A stretch of DNA of 64,000 nucleotides from Octopus vulgaris (GCA_951406725.2 OX597815.1:131378001-131442000), one strand, 5' to 3'. Shown: positions 1 through 11,398, numbered from the stretch's first letter. Program-made: numbers and translations. The notes: generated by a model from the sequence alone, not told the origin.

Positions 1-170
1 CAAAAGGTAATAATACATTTTCTGTCTTGCATATCTAAAATAATCCTTTGAAAAAATCTACAAACCACCAGAGCCATGATATTAGAGCTGAATTTATAAT
101 CATGACTCAACTACTAAAATGAATTTATCAGCGGAGCGGATTTAGACAAATTCGCCAAGTTATAGGAATG

Positions 171-205
<35 letters not shown>

Positions 206-216
206 GTATATACATA

Positions 217-286
<70 letters not shown>

Positions 287-1451
287 CATATATATGTATA
301 TATATACATATATATATGTAAATATATACATATATACATATCCATGAATATATATATATATTTATATACATATATTCATGCACACACGCTTACATACATG
401 ATAACAACAAATAGAAAATCTGAAAATATTGATATAGTTCCATCATGTAAACATATCAATGTCATGTTTGATGTTATTGTTTATATTTTATACATAATTT
501 TTTTTTCATTCTAGTCTTTTGAGAATAACTGCCGTTCTTAATTAGTTACCTTTCTGATAATGTTGTTGCAAGTGTTATTGTTTTGTGTTACCATAAACAA
601 TAAGTTTACCTCTGTGGAAACAGAATATAATGATGTTTTCTTTTGTGCTTTTCTACTGATGTTTATGTATCGAATTTTCAATTAAACCAGCTACCGTTCA
701 TTTTTGTTCTTTCTTCTTGCAGTTCTGACTATAACTATCAGCGCTTACAGCCAGTGCTTTAACATATTCATATTCTATACACTATTGCTCTAATTCTATA
801 TTTTATTGTAGCTGGCTTTTATTTTAGTTTTGTTACTAATCTATATGAACAGTTTCAGTCGTAATATTTTCAGGAACATATGTAAAAGGAATTTTCAAAT
901 ATTTATATGAATTTCTACGTATTAACTTGATACTTGTGATTTTAAACTAGAAGTCAAATATAAATCAGTCTTCACCGTTTTCGACGATGAGTATTCATTC
1001 ACAGACATATATCCTAACTTAAACTAATTTTGTGGCTGAGTCAGTGGGACATGGGATGTGACAATACTGGTACAAGCAATACTTTATAATGCAGACACAA
1101 TCCAATCGCTGGACATACGTATTTTTCACGCAAAAAGCTTAAGTCGAACCGAAGCTATTGTAAATACAAATTTACCCAAAATGCTACGCAGTGGGACTGA
1201 ACCAGGGACGTGTGATTGCGAAACAAAATTGTTATGCATTTAGCTATGTATTTTGCAAGATCAGTGCTATGATCTTTGAGCTATGGTGGCTTATACTTTT
1301 AATTAGATCATGATTTTAACGCTGTTCACGTCGCTGGATTGAATGCTACCGCCTTGGTGTCGAAACTGTTATAATATGCGCGAGGCAGTCTATAATGGAT
1401 GTTTGTTCTTGATCAACTTGTTATCAGTAATTTTTAAATATATTATTCTAG

Positions 1452-1895
1452 GAAGGTGGTCAGCTGGCAGAATCGTTAGCACGCCAGGCGAAATGCTTAG
1501 CAGTGTTTCATCTGTCATTATGTTCTGAGTTCAAATTCCGCCGAGGTCGACTTTGCCTTTTATCCTTTCGGGGTCGATTAAATAAGTACCACTTACACAT
1601 TGGGGTCGATGTAATCGGCTTAATCCCTTTATCTGTGCTTCTTTTCGCCCTCTATGTTTAGCCCCCTGTGGGCAATAAAGAAATATATTACTTAAAGACT
1701 CGTTAGCTCGCCGATCGAAATGCTTAGCGGTATTTCGTCTCTCTTTATGTCCTGAGTTCAAATTCCGCCGAGGTCGACTTTGCCTGTTATCCCTTCGGGG
1801 TCGATAAATTAAATGCCAGTTACGTACTGGGGTCGATCTAATCAACTGCTCCCCTCCCCCAAAATTTGAGGCCTTGTTCCTAGAATAGAAAAGAA
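1452..1895 (+). mobile_element. Two adjacent tRNA-derived SINEs, family B (GGCGAGCTGGCAGAATCGTTAGCAC... head)
   Basis: A-box-like TGGCAGAATCG and B-box GAGTTCAAATTCC, then the body GAGGTCGACTTTGCCTT...CCTTTCGGGGTCGAT. The same sequence recurs at about 10676, 12105, 12326, 24080, 25410(-), 31690-32930, 45700(-), 54090, 61450(-) and 62265(-). Confidence 0.85.
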
Positions 1896-2315
1896 TATAT
1901 TGTTCTAGGCCCTTCATTCTCGTCCAGTTGAAATTGTTAAAGGTTGTATGGTTTATGGGGGTTTTGGTGTTTATATCATACCGTACATCGATATTGTGTG
2001 ATTAGCCTTTATTGGTGTACTAATTATGGATAAGGTGATACTTATCTTAGGTTTTCTTCTCTAGAAGAATTTTATTGCATATAGGCAAACGCATTATTTT
2101 CTATCTATCTAATTTAGAGTCAACACTGAAAGTTACGACGTTTCGTGTACGAATACGTCTATGTAAACAATGCGATCGAAAATAGAAAAATAAGTAACAG
2201 GTGTATATGCATATAGCAGGAGTCATTGTTCTTTCTTCAGCGCCAAATCCAGCCCATTAACGATCCTCGAACTCATTGCTACAATAGCCACTAATTACAT
2301 ATTAAACACATTTGT

Positions 2316-2703
2316 ATTCTTTTACTTGTTTTAGTCATTTAACTGCGACCATACAGGAGCACCGCCTTTAGTCAAACAAATTGACTCCAAAACTTATTCT
2401 CTGCAAGCCTAGTACTTATTCTATCGGTCTATTTTGCCGAACCGCTATGTTACGGGGACGTAAACACACCAAGAACGGTTGTTAAGCGATGGTAGGGAGA
2501 CAAACAGACACAAATACATACATACCCCACCACATATATATATATATGTATGTATATACGACAAGCTTCTTTCATATTCCATCTACCAAATCCACTCACA
2601 AAGGTTTGGTCAGCCCGAGGTTATAGTAGAAAATACTTGCCAAGGTGTCACGCAGCGGGATTGAACCCAGAACCATGCTTCTTACTACACAGTCACCGCT
2701 GCG
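2316..2703 (-). mobile_element. tRNA-derived SINE, family A (CORE-like ACCTTGGGCAAGT body, internal microsatellite, stem-loop tail)
   Basis: Reverse complement of the full-length copy at 49787-50190, with a GGTTC B-box-like motif and a degenerate ACCTTGG(G)CAAGT motif. Confidence 0.85.
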
Positions 2704-3325
2704 CTATAAACATAATGAATTAATTCACTGAAATTTTAGTAAACGATTAGCATCAAAGTCTTTCATGAAAGAGTAATTATTAGATAAATAAAAAATATAC
2801 CAAGTAAATCTGTTATTAGTATGTACCGTGCATTATGACCAGATAGGCCTGCGCTAAAGAAATCCTACTTTGTAACAACGTTTCTCTTAAGAAAACGAAC
2901 TGCCATGTTCTAAAGTATGCCAATTCTACGACATTTCCACTGGCGTTCTTTATCCTTTTCTTGAAGTGCAGGTGTTTCTATCAGGATGGGTCCTATTAGC
3001 TGAACTTTAATCCCTCTATCATTACCGTAACTTGACTTTATATATCCCTATTCTATAAATGCTTGTATGTTTTTTGTTTTGCAGAAATTTCTTCTTCTTG
3101 TATTCTATCTCCGTTTAATGACACTAAACACTTAACTTTTCCTTCTCTTTTCTCCTTTCCAAATTATCATCATTTCATTGATGCTTTCTCCTCCCATAAA
3201 AAGTGTATCATCATTCTTTCTTTCTTTCATACTTACTTTCTGTTTCTCTTTGTACATATGAATAGACACACACACACATGCACCCCCCCCACACACACAC
3301 ACAGACGAAAAACAAAGATACTCAC

Positions 3326-3504
3326 AGGCTTATATATCATAGTTCCCACGCGCACTTCATTGTTATAATCCCTTGAAGCCATACAATCAGTGTTCCAAAT
3401 GTTCACCCACAACGGATCAACAGGGAATATTTTATTGTATTGTGTTACATGTATAGTATTGACATCATAAGAATGAGAAACTTCCAAGGGGCCGTGAGTT
3501 GCTT
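3326..3504 (-). CDS. Candidate exon (ATHGPLEVSHSYDVNTIHVTQYNKIFPVDPLWVNIWNTDCMASRDYNNEVRVGTMIYKP), product unknown
   Basis: 179 nt bounded by CTAAT..AAACAG (acceptor) and CCT|GTGAGT (donor). One frame is open end to end and the sequence is non-repetitive. The acceptor lacks a good pyrimidine tract and I recognise no domain. Confidence 0.3.
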
Positions 3505-3627
3505 CTGTTTAGCATTAGATCTCAGAGCACATATAAGCTATGAATAATAACAAGTAAACATTTATATACTGTTATTTATGTCTTTATATATACTTCAAGC
3601 TCCAGTTCACAAAAAATATATATTGAC

Positions 3628-3667
3628 GCCTGGTGAACGTACGCATATACGGGAAACTATGAGTAGC
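3628..3667 (+). ncRNA. Degenerate minimal type I hammerhead ribozyme (PLE type)
   Basis: GC-CTGGTGA-A-CGTA..TACG-G-GAAAC-TATGAG-TA-GC. The core has one substitution (CUGGUGA) and stem I is only 2 bp. Confidence 0.45.
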
Positions 3668-3696
3668 ACGATAAGCACATGTAGTTGAAACGTTTC

Positions 3697-3755
3697 TGCT
3701 ACTGTAATTTATAGCCCCAGGAAGTGTCTTCCTGGGGCTATAAACTGCAGTAGCA
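3697..3755. repeat. Near-perfect hairpin
   Basis: TTTATAGCCCCAGGAAG-TGT-CTTCCTGGGGCTATAAA (17-bp perfect arms), extended by TGCTACTG/CAGTAGCA. Confidence 0.95.
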
Positions 3756-3812
3756 TCGTTCATAAGGGTCGGCTACATTTTGGTGGCAAATATACTTTTA
3801 TATATATATGTA

Positions 3813-3869
<57 letters not shown>

Positions 3870-4226
3870 CTCAATATATATATGTGTATATATATATATA
3901 TATGAATGAATTAATGAATGTATGCCATAATTCAGTTCATTTCAAGATTTCTTGCCTAAAGAGAAAGAATGTGTTTACCTGTTGAGCTGTTGTTTTCGTT
4001 CTTTTCCTCGATTGTGTTTTTGTTGACGTGTCCAGCCATGTTATTTGTAGTAACTCTCTGTATGATTAATTCAAGTTCCAGTCGAAAATCACTACTATCG
4101 TGTATAAAAGACTCCCTCCGTTAATTAATCTGAAGATTAACCAGTTATTTAACAAGACTGATAGTTGTGGCTCCAACGCTGGAGATAGTATTCATCGTAT
4201 TTTCGATAAATAGTCTCCTTCGAACG

Positions 4227-4258
<32 letters not shown>

Positions 4259-4844
4259 TGTATGGATGGATGTATGCATATATGTATGTATGTATGTATG
4301 TATATATGTATGTACATACATAAGTATTATTTTACGCTTGTGCTTTCGTGTGTTTATAAAAAGAATTAAAAGACGTGGGGAGATACTGCGCTAAAAATGT
4401 CTCAAATATAAAGACACTCTTTGAATCAATCTGATGGCAGTCAAGAGACCTTACAAATCTCGAAACACCTTAATAAAAATGGCTGATTTACTTGATCAGT
4501 GACTTATTTTGCTTCTGATATGTTTGAATAGAGATATGTGGATGTTTCAAAGCAGTAGTAATCTCTCTCATACTCTGCCACTATCACTACCACCACCACT
4601 ATTACACCACCGTCATAGTTATTACCATTATCCTCATTATCATTATCATTGCCATCGATGCATCGATATTGTCATAGTTCGTCATCTTCATCAGCACCAT
4701 CGTCATTATCTCCCTCCTCCTTCATCCCACTGCCACCATCACCACCAACAACACCACTGTCGTCATCATCATCGTCACCGTAAACATCATCATGACCACC
4801 ACCACCACTACCACCACCACCACCATCATCATCAGCATCAAGCT

Positions 4845-5335
4845 AGGTAGAGTACATATGTCAGCCGAATCGATTATTAAGATCACCCCGCTGTCTCCTC
4901 TAAAAAGAGAAGAGAAATTCTGCTGTCTAGCCGTAATAGCGACAGAGAAACAGGTAATATGGAAGACGCGTGGATGAGGTATCGCATTCGGCACCTTCGT
5001 CTCCACGCGTGCCTTGGTTAACCTCTTTTTAAATCACCTAAGAAGGAAAGCATATCTGGAGAAGAAATACTTGACATCAAAAAAGTACGAAAAATGATGG
5101 AAGAAAGTAGCCTGAATGTTGGATACGTAAGTGCCTAATTAGGCGGAGTAAAAAAGAAGATAAAATAAACGGTCCAACGCAGGAATGTAGTTGGTGGGGG
5201 TCAAACCCATTCCACGTCTATTCATTTTTGTTTCATTTTCAACCGAAATTAAAATGTATTTATTCATATATGTAATATCATTCGATAAGTCCTATTTGTC
5301 CCTTTTTTGTTTAACCCTTGTGGTTTGAATAAAAT
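4845..5335 (+). mobile_element. 3' fragment of a non-LTR retrotransposon (possibly the Tx1/L1-like ORF2 C-terminus plus 3' UTR)
   Basis: Interrupted frame ...ESIIKITPLSPLKREEKFCCLAVIATEKQVIWKTR*... resembling LINE ORF2 ends. It finishes GTCCTATTTGTCCC...AACCCTTGTGG...AATAAA, similar to a family B SINE tail. Confidence 0.4.
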
Positions 5336-6647
5336 CATCGTGCTAGTTCCACAGTTCCTGTGTTGATAGCTCGAAGTTGGAGTTCAAAGTTTACAGTTCG
5401 AGTTAGCGTGTTGGATTGTTGGTTCTCAGAAGATTGTTCTTACGCTCCTATGGTCACTGCCGTTTGTTTCGATTATATGGTTATTACACTCTTGCAGTGT
5501 ATTTGTTTATCGATAAGGATATAACAGTATTTATTTATGAAGTAACTGTAGAAGCAAAGACATAATGATATATCAGTGAAAACCAACTTCCCTGTTTCAC
5601 TGAATGATTATTAAAAGCACAAGTCAGCACAGTTATTCTTTTCTAAAAAAAAATATAACCTGATTAGGCATCCGCTAATAGCTTAGGTTTACATATTCAT
5701 AAAAAATAATGTTGATATATTAAAACATACTTTAGTTAATAACTTAAAGGAAATGTCAAGTCATTGCCTATTTACAAAAGATACATCCATTTATATACTT
5801 ATAATTTCGTAAGAGTAGCTTTCACCACCGTATTATTTATAATGTACTGAAATAGGAGACATAGAATTAGGTGAACGACAATATTGAAGATGAGAAAATT
5901 GAAGCTGATGACTTGTCATTTACAGCAAATTTTCTCCTATTCTCGTATCTTGTGAATGTAATGTGTTCTATATTCTTTTTAATTAATGTTCTTTCAATGT
6001 AAGCACACTGCACTTTATGGATCTCAGGATTTTTTGAATTAAATGTACATATTTATGTTCACAATGTCTTCATTTAAACAGTGAATGTGAACTGACTTAT
6101 TTTTCGAATGCTTATAATACAGAGTTAACTCTACGCACAATAAAATAGAAGCTGACAGAGAAATATAGAACATAACTAAAGTTTCGGAACTTTATTGACC
6201 TCAATAAGGCAAAGATAATAAAATATAAAATGATGACGAATTGAATATTCAATGAATGCATTGAAAATTTGCATTTTAGCTGCTAATTGTGTTAATGGAA
6301 TTAGTTGTAAAATATAATTGCATTTTAAAAATACGCTTTTTATTACTAAAACGTCACCCAAATTACTTTTGCTGATATGAATCAGATCTCCTAAAGATAA
6401 AATTTGATTTCAAAGGAAAATTAAGACAAGCACAAAACAAGACAATACTACCGTTTTTCGAGAGAAAACCATATTTTGGTTGGTTGAAGTTTAAACATGA
6501 GTTTGTATGGTTTTAGTTAAAGCATTGATTTTTTTTTATTTCAGAAAACTGTTCAAATAAGAATGCTTGATATAAGACAACAAAATGTACTGAGTAGCAC
6601 AAACGTCGCATTCCGTTGACAGATATTGGGTCGTTAGATAAATTTGT

Positions 6648-6856
6648 TCTTTTATTCGTTTCAGTCATTAGACTGCGGCCATGCTGGAGCATCACATTTA
6701 GTCGAGAAAATCGACCCCAGGACTTATTCTTTGTAAGCCTAGTACTTATTATATCGGTCTTATATACAGCAGGCTTCTTTCCGCCTCCGTCTACCAAATC
6801 CACTCACAAGGCTTTGGTCGGCTCGAGGCTATAGCAGAGGACACTTGCCCAAGGTG
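6648..6856 (-). mobile_element. SINE family A, internally deleted copy
   Basis: Matches the tail and body of 49787-50190. Confidence 0.8.
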
Positions 6857-7109
6857 TAACTCATTATTAAATGAGTAAAACTATACATTCCACTGCAGGC
6901 AGACTAGAGTTTAGAATCCAGTGAGGACATCTTGCTTGTACAAAAATAATTACCGCAAACAACAAACCCCCCACTGGACCCAAAAAACAAAAGTCTTACC
7001 TTACAGCAGAGCTTCAATCAATTTTCGTCCGCTGCAAGCCAGCGTGACGATTTCAATCAGCGGTACGAACAAACAACACTGACAACACGCATGTGCAGGG
7101 AAGCAAGCT

Positions 7110-7530
7110 TCTTTTATTCATTATATTGGCCATAAAGGCCTTACATAGAAGGGAAGCTACGGGCTGGACATAGACATGTTATGAAATGACAAATGAAAAT
7201 GATGATAAATGAGGGCAACAAGCAACGTCCGTCGATTGCTACTTACCCGCGAACACTGTTCTTTTATATGACGTTCACGAGGCAACAAACCTCTTACATT
7301 TTTTACAATTCAAAAACAAAAATGAGGCACTAAGCCTCTTACCTTTATTTTGAACATTCATGCCCGACCAGGCTCCACGCCTCATTCAAACACCTGGACG
7401 GTGCCAAGTCTAGCCATTTTAGCATGAATCTAAAGGTGTCCTCGGGGAAGGAATCCATCACCCTGCACAAATCGATCTCCCAGGATAGAATCCCTTCCCT
7501 CCGGCATTCCTTTTTAAACTTTTTAACGAA
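7110..7530 (-). mobile_element. Probable LINE 3' fragment related to 4845-5335
   Basis: Minus-strand end ...CCCTTCTATGTAAGGCCTTTATGGGCCAATATAATGAATAAA resembles the same tail family. Confidence 0.3.
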
Positions 7531-7618
7531 GCTTGTTTAGGTATTGTTATTTACGTATTGTTACCCACCTTTCATTTTTTTTCCTTTCTTCGAGAAGGCC
7601 TTCACCTCCTCGACTGCC

Positions 7619-7675
<57 letters not shown>

Positions 7676-7732
7676 TTATTTATCAGTCTATTTACAAGCA
7701 TACAGATATACATACACACATACATATATGAG

Positions 7733-7769
<37 letters not shown>

Positions 7770-7954
7770 TTGTATGTGGGTGTATTTGTATGCATGTATA
7801 TAGGTGTACATATATATATGTAGATATGGATGTGTATATATATGTGTGCATGTATATATATATAGTTATATGTGTGTGTGTATGTGTATACATACATATG
7901 TGTATGCGTATGTGTGCGTGTACGTAGATGTATGTGTATATATATGTTGATTGA

Positions 7955-8777
7955 TAATAATACCGTTCCAGACGGTTTTACATGCGAAAGTAGACAAGTC
8001 TATAGACACACACCACACTCAGAGCACACAACTTAAATTAACCATTCACCCACTACCATTCCACTCCCCAGATAATTAAGTTTTAATTTATGACATTCAC
8101 TAAACATCAGCCCTAACCCATCATTTCTAACCGCCATGTATTTTTCTGTATCTCTTTATTCTTATCTTACTTTATCTTTATGTCCACTTTTTATTTATTT
8201 TTTAATTTTTTTATCCCTGTATTTCCTTGTTATTTTTTACTTAAACTTACTCTTTACCCTTTGGGTCTGATACCTTCTACACTGTCACAATACATCCCTT
8301 GAATTTATGACCTACACACGACATACTTTGTATCTGTATATACTTATTTTTACATCTTTACTCATTTTTTACTATTATTCCTGTATAATCATGTTTAAAC
8401 TTATACATATACTTTTTCCTCTTTGTGATCCCAACTTCATTAAAGAGTCTCCCCTTCCACCTCCTCCCCCTTTCTCTCAACATCCAACCCACCTCATTCC
8501 TTATCGACTGAAAAAGCGGTATGGACGTTTTGTTTTGGTATCTCGCTATGCTATATACGACTATGAGGATTTACCTTACCAATGTAACTCGTTTTTTTCC
8601 AAACTTCCTCTCAAACTTGCTATAATGTAATACATGTCATTGGTGTGGTAATTGTACGCGGCTGAAGAAGGCTGTTGACCTACATGTTATATCAAGTATG
8701 CATTGATATAAATTGCTCAATAAAGCCAGAAACATATGTACCGCAAAATCCCTCCATCCTGTTTTTTCTTTTGATAA

Positions 8778-8778
<1 letters not shown>
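7955..8778 (+). mobile_element. Penelope-like element 3' end / pseudo-LTR ending in (TA)n
   Basis: AT-rich UTR-like tract with a terminal hammerhead (8658-8744) followed closely by (TA)n. It starts with a residual 'VPDGFTCES'-like stretch, as seen before PLE GIY-YIG domains. Confidence 0.55.
8658..8744 (+). ncRNA. Type I hammerhead ribozyme with long stem II and palindromic stem III
   Basis: GCGG-CTGAAGA-A-GGCT...AGCC-A-GAAAC-ATATG-TA/CCGC. Stem I is GCGG/CCGC, stem II contains the perfect TTATATCAA/TTGATATAA hairpin, stem III is the palindrome CATATG, and the cleavage triplet is GUA. Confidence 0.75.
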
Positions 8779-8817
<39 letters not shown>

Positions 8818-9169
8818 CTGTCCCTTTCTCCTTTTGTGCTCACGTGACCAGCTAGCTACTACTGCCTTTTCGCATCAAGTAGTTAGTGTGACAACACGTA
8901 TTTGTTTGTGCTCCGTTTGCCTTCAGGCACTTGTTCCACAGCCAGCCTATACTCAACTCGTCCTGTCGAAAGACGCTTGTCCTGACGTCCTGGTTTTGTT
9001 ATTATTGTTTTTACGTTATTTTGTATTCTTCTCCGTGCTATCGTTATTGTTTTTACGTATTTAAAAATTTTTTTCGAGTAACATCGTCCGTTTTTCCGTC
9101 ACCGTGTTGTATACTTTCGAGGTTTTCTTCCAAGGAATCTAATGCGACTGGCTTAGATTTGCCTTGGCG

Positions 9170-9246
9170 GGCTGCCCAGATTGGAGCAATCTCAAGATTA
9201 ATCAGCCGAAATTGCGAAGATGATCTGGTTCTTGACTGATGACTGA
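9170..9246 (+). ncRNA. Rearranged (non-circularly permuted) hammerhead-like ribozyme, copy 1
   Basis: GGCTG(9170)...GCAA-TC-TCAAGA...CAGCC-GAAA-TTGC...TCTTGA-CTGATGA. Helices are GCAAT/ATTGC, TCAAGA/TCTTGA and GGCTG/CAGCC. Confidence 0.7.
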
Positions 9247-9988
9247 GAGCTTCGAAAGTCCCGTCTGTGTGTTTTTTTGTCGTCTCCAAAATGTTTCACG
9301 TTCTTGTCCCAGTTTGTGTTTTTTGTTTTTTTTTAACGTTTACATATATACACGGCGGCTACGTATCCTACCTTTTGACCCTATACTGTAAGTATATTAC
9401 TCTCTAACATTGGTACGGCTCGACTACACTGTCTCTTTTCCCCCCTCTCCTACTTTTCTCTGCCTTCACCCTTTTCACTCCCCTTGTTCTGTCTCTTTCC
9501 CTCTTTTTCTTCTCCTCCCTTGTTCCCCTTCTTTCTTTCTCTCTTCCTCCGTCCCTCCTCTCCCACATTTCTCTGCCTCTCAGACCTTATACCCCACTTG
9601 ACCTGTCCCTTTCCCTCTCTTGCTTATCTCTTCATCTGTCCCTTTCTCCTTTTTGTGCTCACGTGACCAGCTAGCTACTACTGTCTTTTCGCATCAAGTA
9701 GTTAGTGTGACAACACGTATTTGTTTGTGCTCCGTTTGCCTTCAGGCACTTGTTCCACAGCCAGCCTATACTCAACTCGTCCTGTCGAAAGACGCTTGTC
9801 CTGACGTCCTGGTTTTGTTATTATTGTTTTTACGTTATTTTGTATTCTTATCCGTGCTATCGTTATTGTTTTTACGTATTTTTGAATTTTTTTCGAGTAA
9901 CATCGTCCGTTTTTCCGTCACCGTGTTGTATACTTTCGAGGTTTTCTTCCAAGGAATCTAATGCGACTGGCTTAGATTTGCCTTGGCG

Positions 9989-10065
9989 GGCTGCCCAGAT
10001 TGGAGCAATCTCAAGATTAATCAGCCGAAATTGCGAAGATGATCTGGTTCTTGACTGATGACTGA
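9989..10065 (+). ncRNA. Rearranged hammerhead-like ribozyme, copy 2
   Basis: Same motifs as 9170-9246. Confidence 0.7.
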
Positions 10066-11398
10066 GAGCTTTGAAAGTCCCGTCTGTGTGTTTTTTTGTC
10101 GTCTCCAAAATGTTTCACGTTCTTGTCCCAGTTTGTGTTTTTTTTTGTTTTTTTTAACGTTTACACACACACATATATATATATATATATACAGAGAGAG
10201 AGAGAGAGAGAGAGAGGGAGAGGCAGGGGAGAATCAGCACGGTGTTGGAAGTTTCATAGTAAGTTTACCATTGAGTAAATACATATTAGTACATATGCTA
10301 CTAAAGTAAGGATACTAGCAAACTTATGAACGGACGTTTATCAGCACTGAATATAAAGATATCTGACTCAATGCTATAAACGAAACTGCACGAAAGAATG
10401 TTTTTATAAATTAACATTAGTTTATGGCAGTGTTAATGTATAGTTTACCATGTAGGGGAAGTAACAACGGATGAGAAATGAATGATAGATATGATAAAGA
10501 ATTATTATACGAAACGATAGAACGCTATCAATGTTGGTGGTTTTAATGTACAAATATCAGTGTGATACATAACGTCAGTTTTGAAGGTATTTTAATGTAA
10601 ATGCTTGTTGATTCAAATGTCGATGATATTTTAACGACGTTGATACAAACAATGTTGATATTAATGATGAAATTTAGGCGGCGAGCCGGCAGAATCGTTA
10701 TCACGCTGGGGGTAAAATGTTTGGCGGCATTACGCCAGTCTGTAACATTTTGAGTTTAAATGAAGGTGAGGTCATCGCTTTTGCCTTTAATCCTTTGGAG
10801 ATCGATATAATAACTACCAGGTGAGCACTAGGGTGGATGTAATCGATTTATTCTTGAACTGGTTGGCCTTGTGTGCCAAAATTCGGAAACGATGTTAAAC
10901 ATGAAATGGATATTCGACTGAAAATGTAGCAGGATCATAACATCACAGCATTATCTCTGACATTGCCATCAATATTACTATTATCATTATCATCACAAAC
11001 CCAACAGCCTCTTCTTCTTCTTCTTCTTCTTCTTCTACAACCTTCGTGCTCCTCTGTCTTCTCCTTTTCAGCTTCTTCCTTCTCGGCATTATCATCGTCC
11101 CCACATGTACCACCAGTACCTACATCACTACTCCCACCGCTACGTTCGCCGACGACACCGTTATCATCACCATCGCCATCCTCCTCTACGACCTTCTCCT
11201 CTTCCACCTCGTTGTCGTCTTGAAAAAATTACCTTATCTATGTACATAAAAATAAACGATGTTGCAATAAATTGAAATGGAATACGAATTTTAGGAGAGG
11301 ATATTACACAACTTTCATAATATATTCTAAAATTTGTTGAATATTGAAGGAAATTACAATAATTTACCAAAAATAAATGTAAACGAAACAAAAAAATA

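Larger units (their letters stand above)
8816..10165 (+). mobile_element. Partial-tandem non-coding unit, subfamily 1 (5'-truncated copy 8816-9345 plus full ~815-bp copy 9350-10165), PLE pLTR/retrozyme-like
   Basis: Near-identical ~530-bp direct repeats offset by ~819 bp and bounded by (TA)n/(CA)n. Collinear homology to 18920-19652 on the minus strand. Confidence 0.85.

Noticed and set aside
114-514. YI/IY-repeat ORFs here and similar ones throughout (7533-7927, 36696-37033, 37381-38545, 42142-42512, 63626-63910)
   Set aside because: They are translations of (TA)n, (CA)n, (TAA)n, (CAT)n and (TATG)n microsatellites.
8500-8640. Possible second hammerhead (CGA-CTGAAAA-AGCGG)
   Set aside because: I found no matching GAAA/UH strand.
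9236-9262. Conventional hammerhead reading CTGATGA...TTCGAAAGTC
   Set aside because: No stem II or stem I pairing, and no GAAA at the equivalent spacing in subfamily 2. The upstream GAAA gives covarying helices instead.
9053-9289. Duplicated 78-aa minus-strand ORF (also 9872-10108) and overlapping plus-strand ORFs
   Set aside because: The starts are non-ATG, I recognise no domain, and the ORF is not evidently preserved in the homologous subfamily at 18920-19652. The conservation tracks RNA structure.
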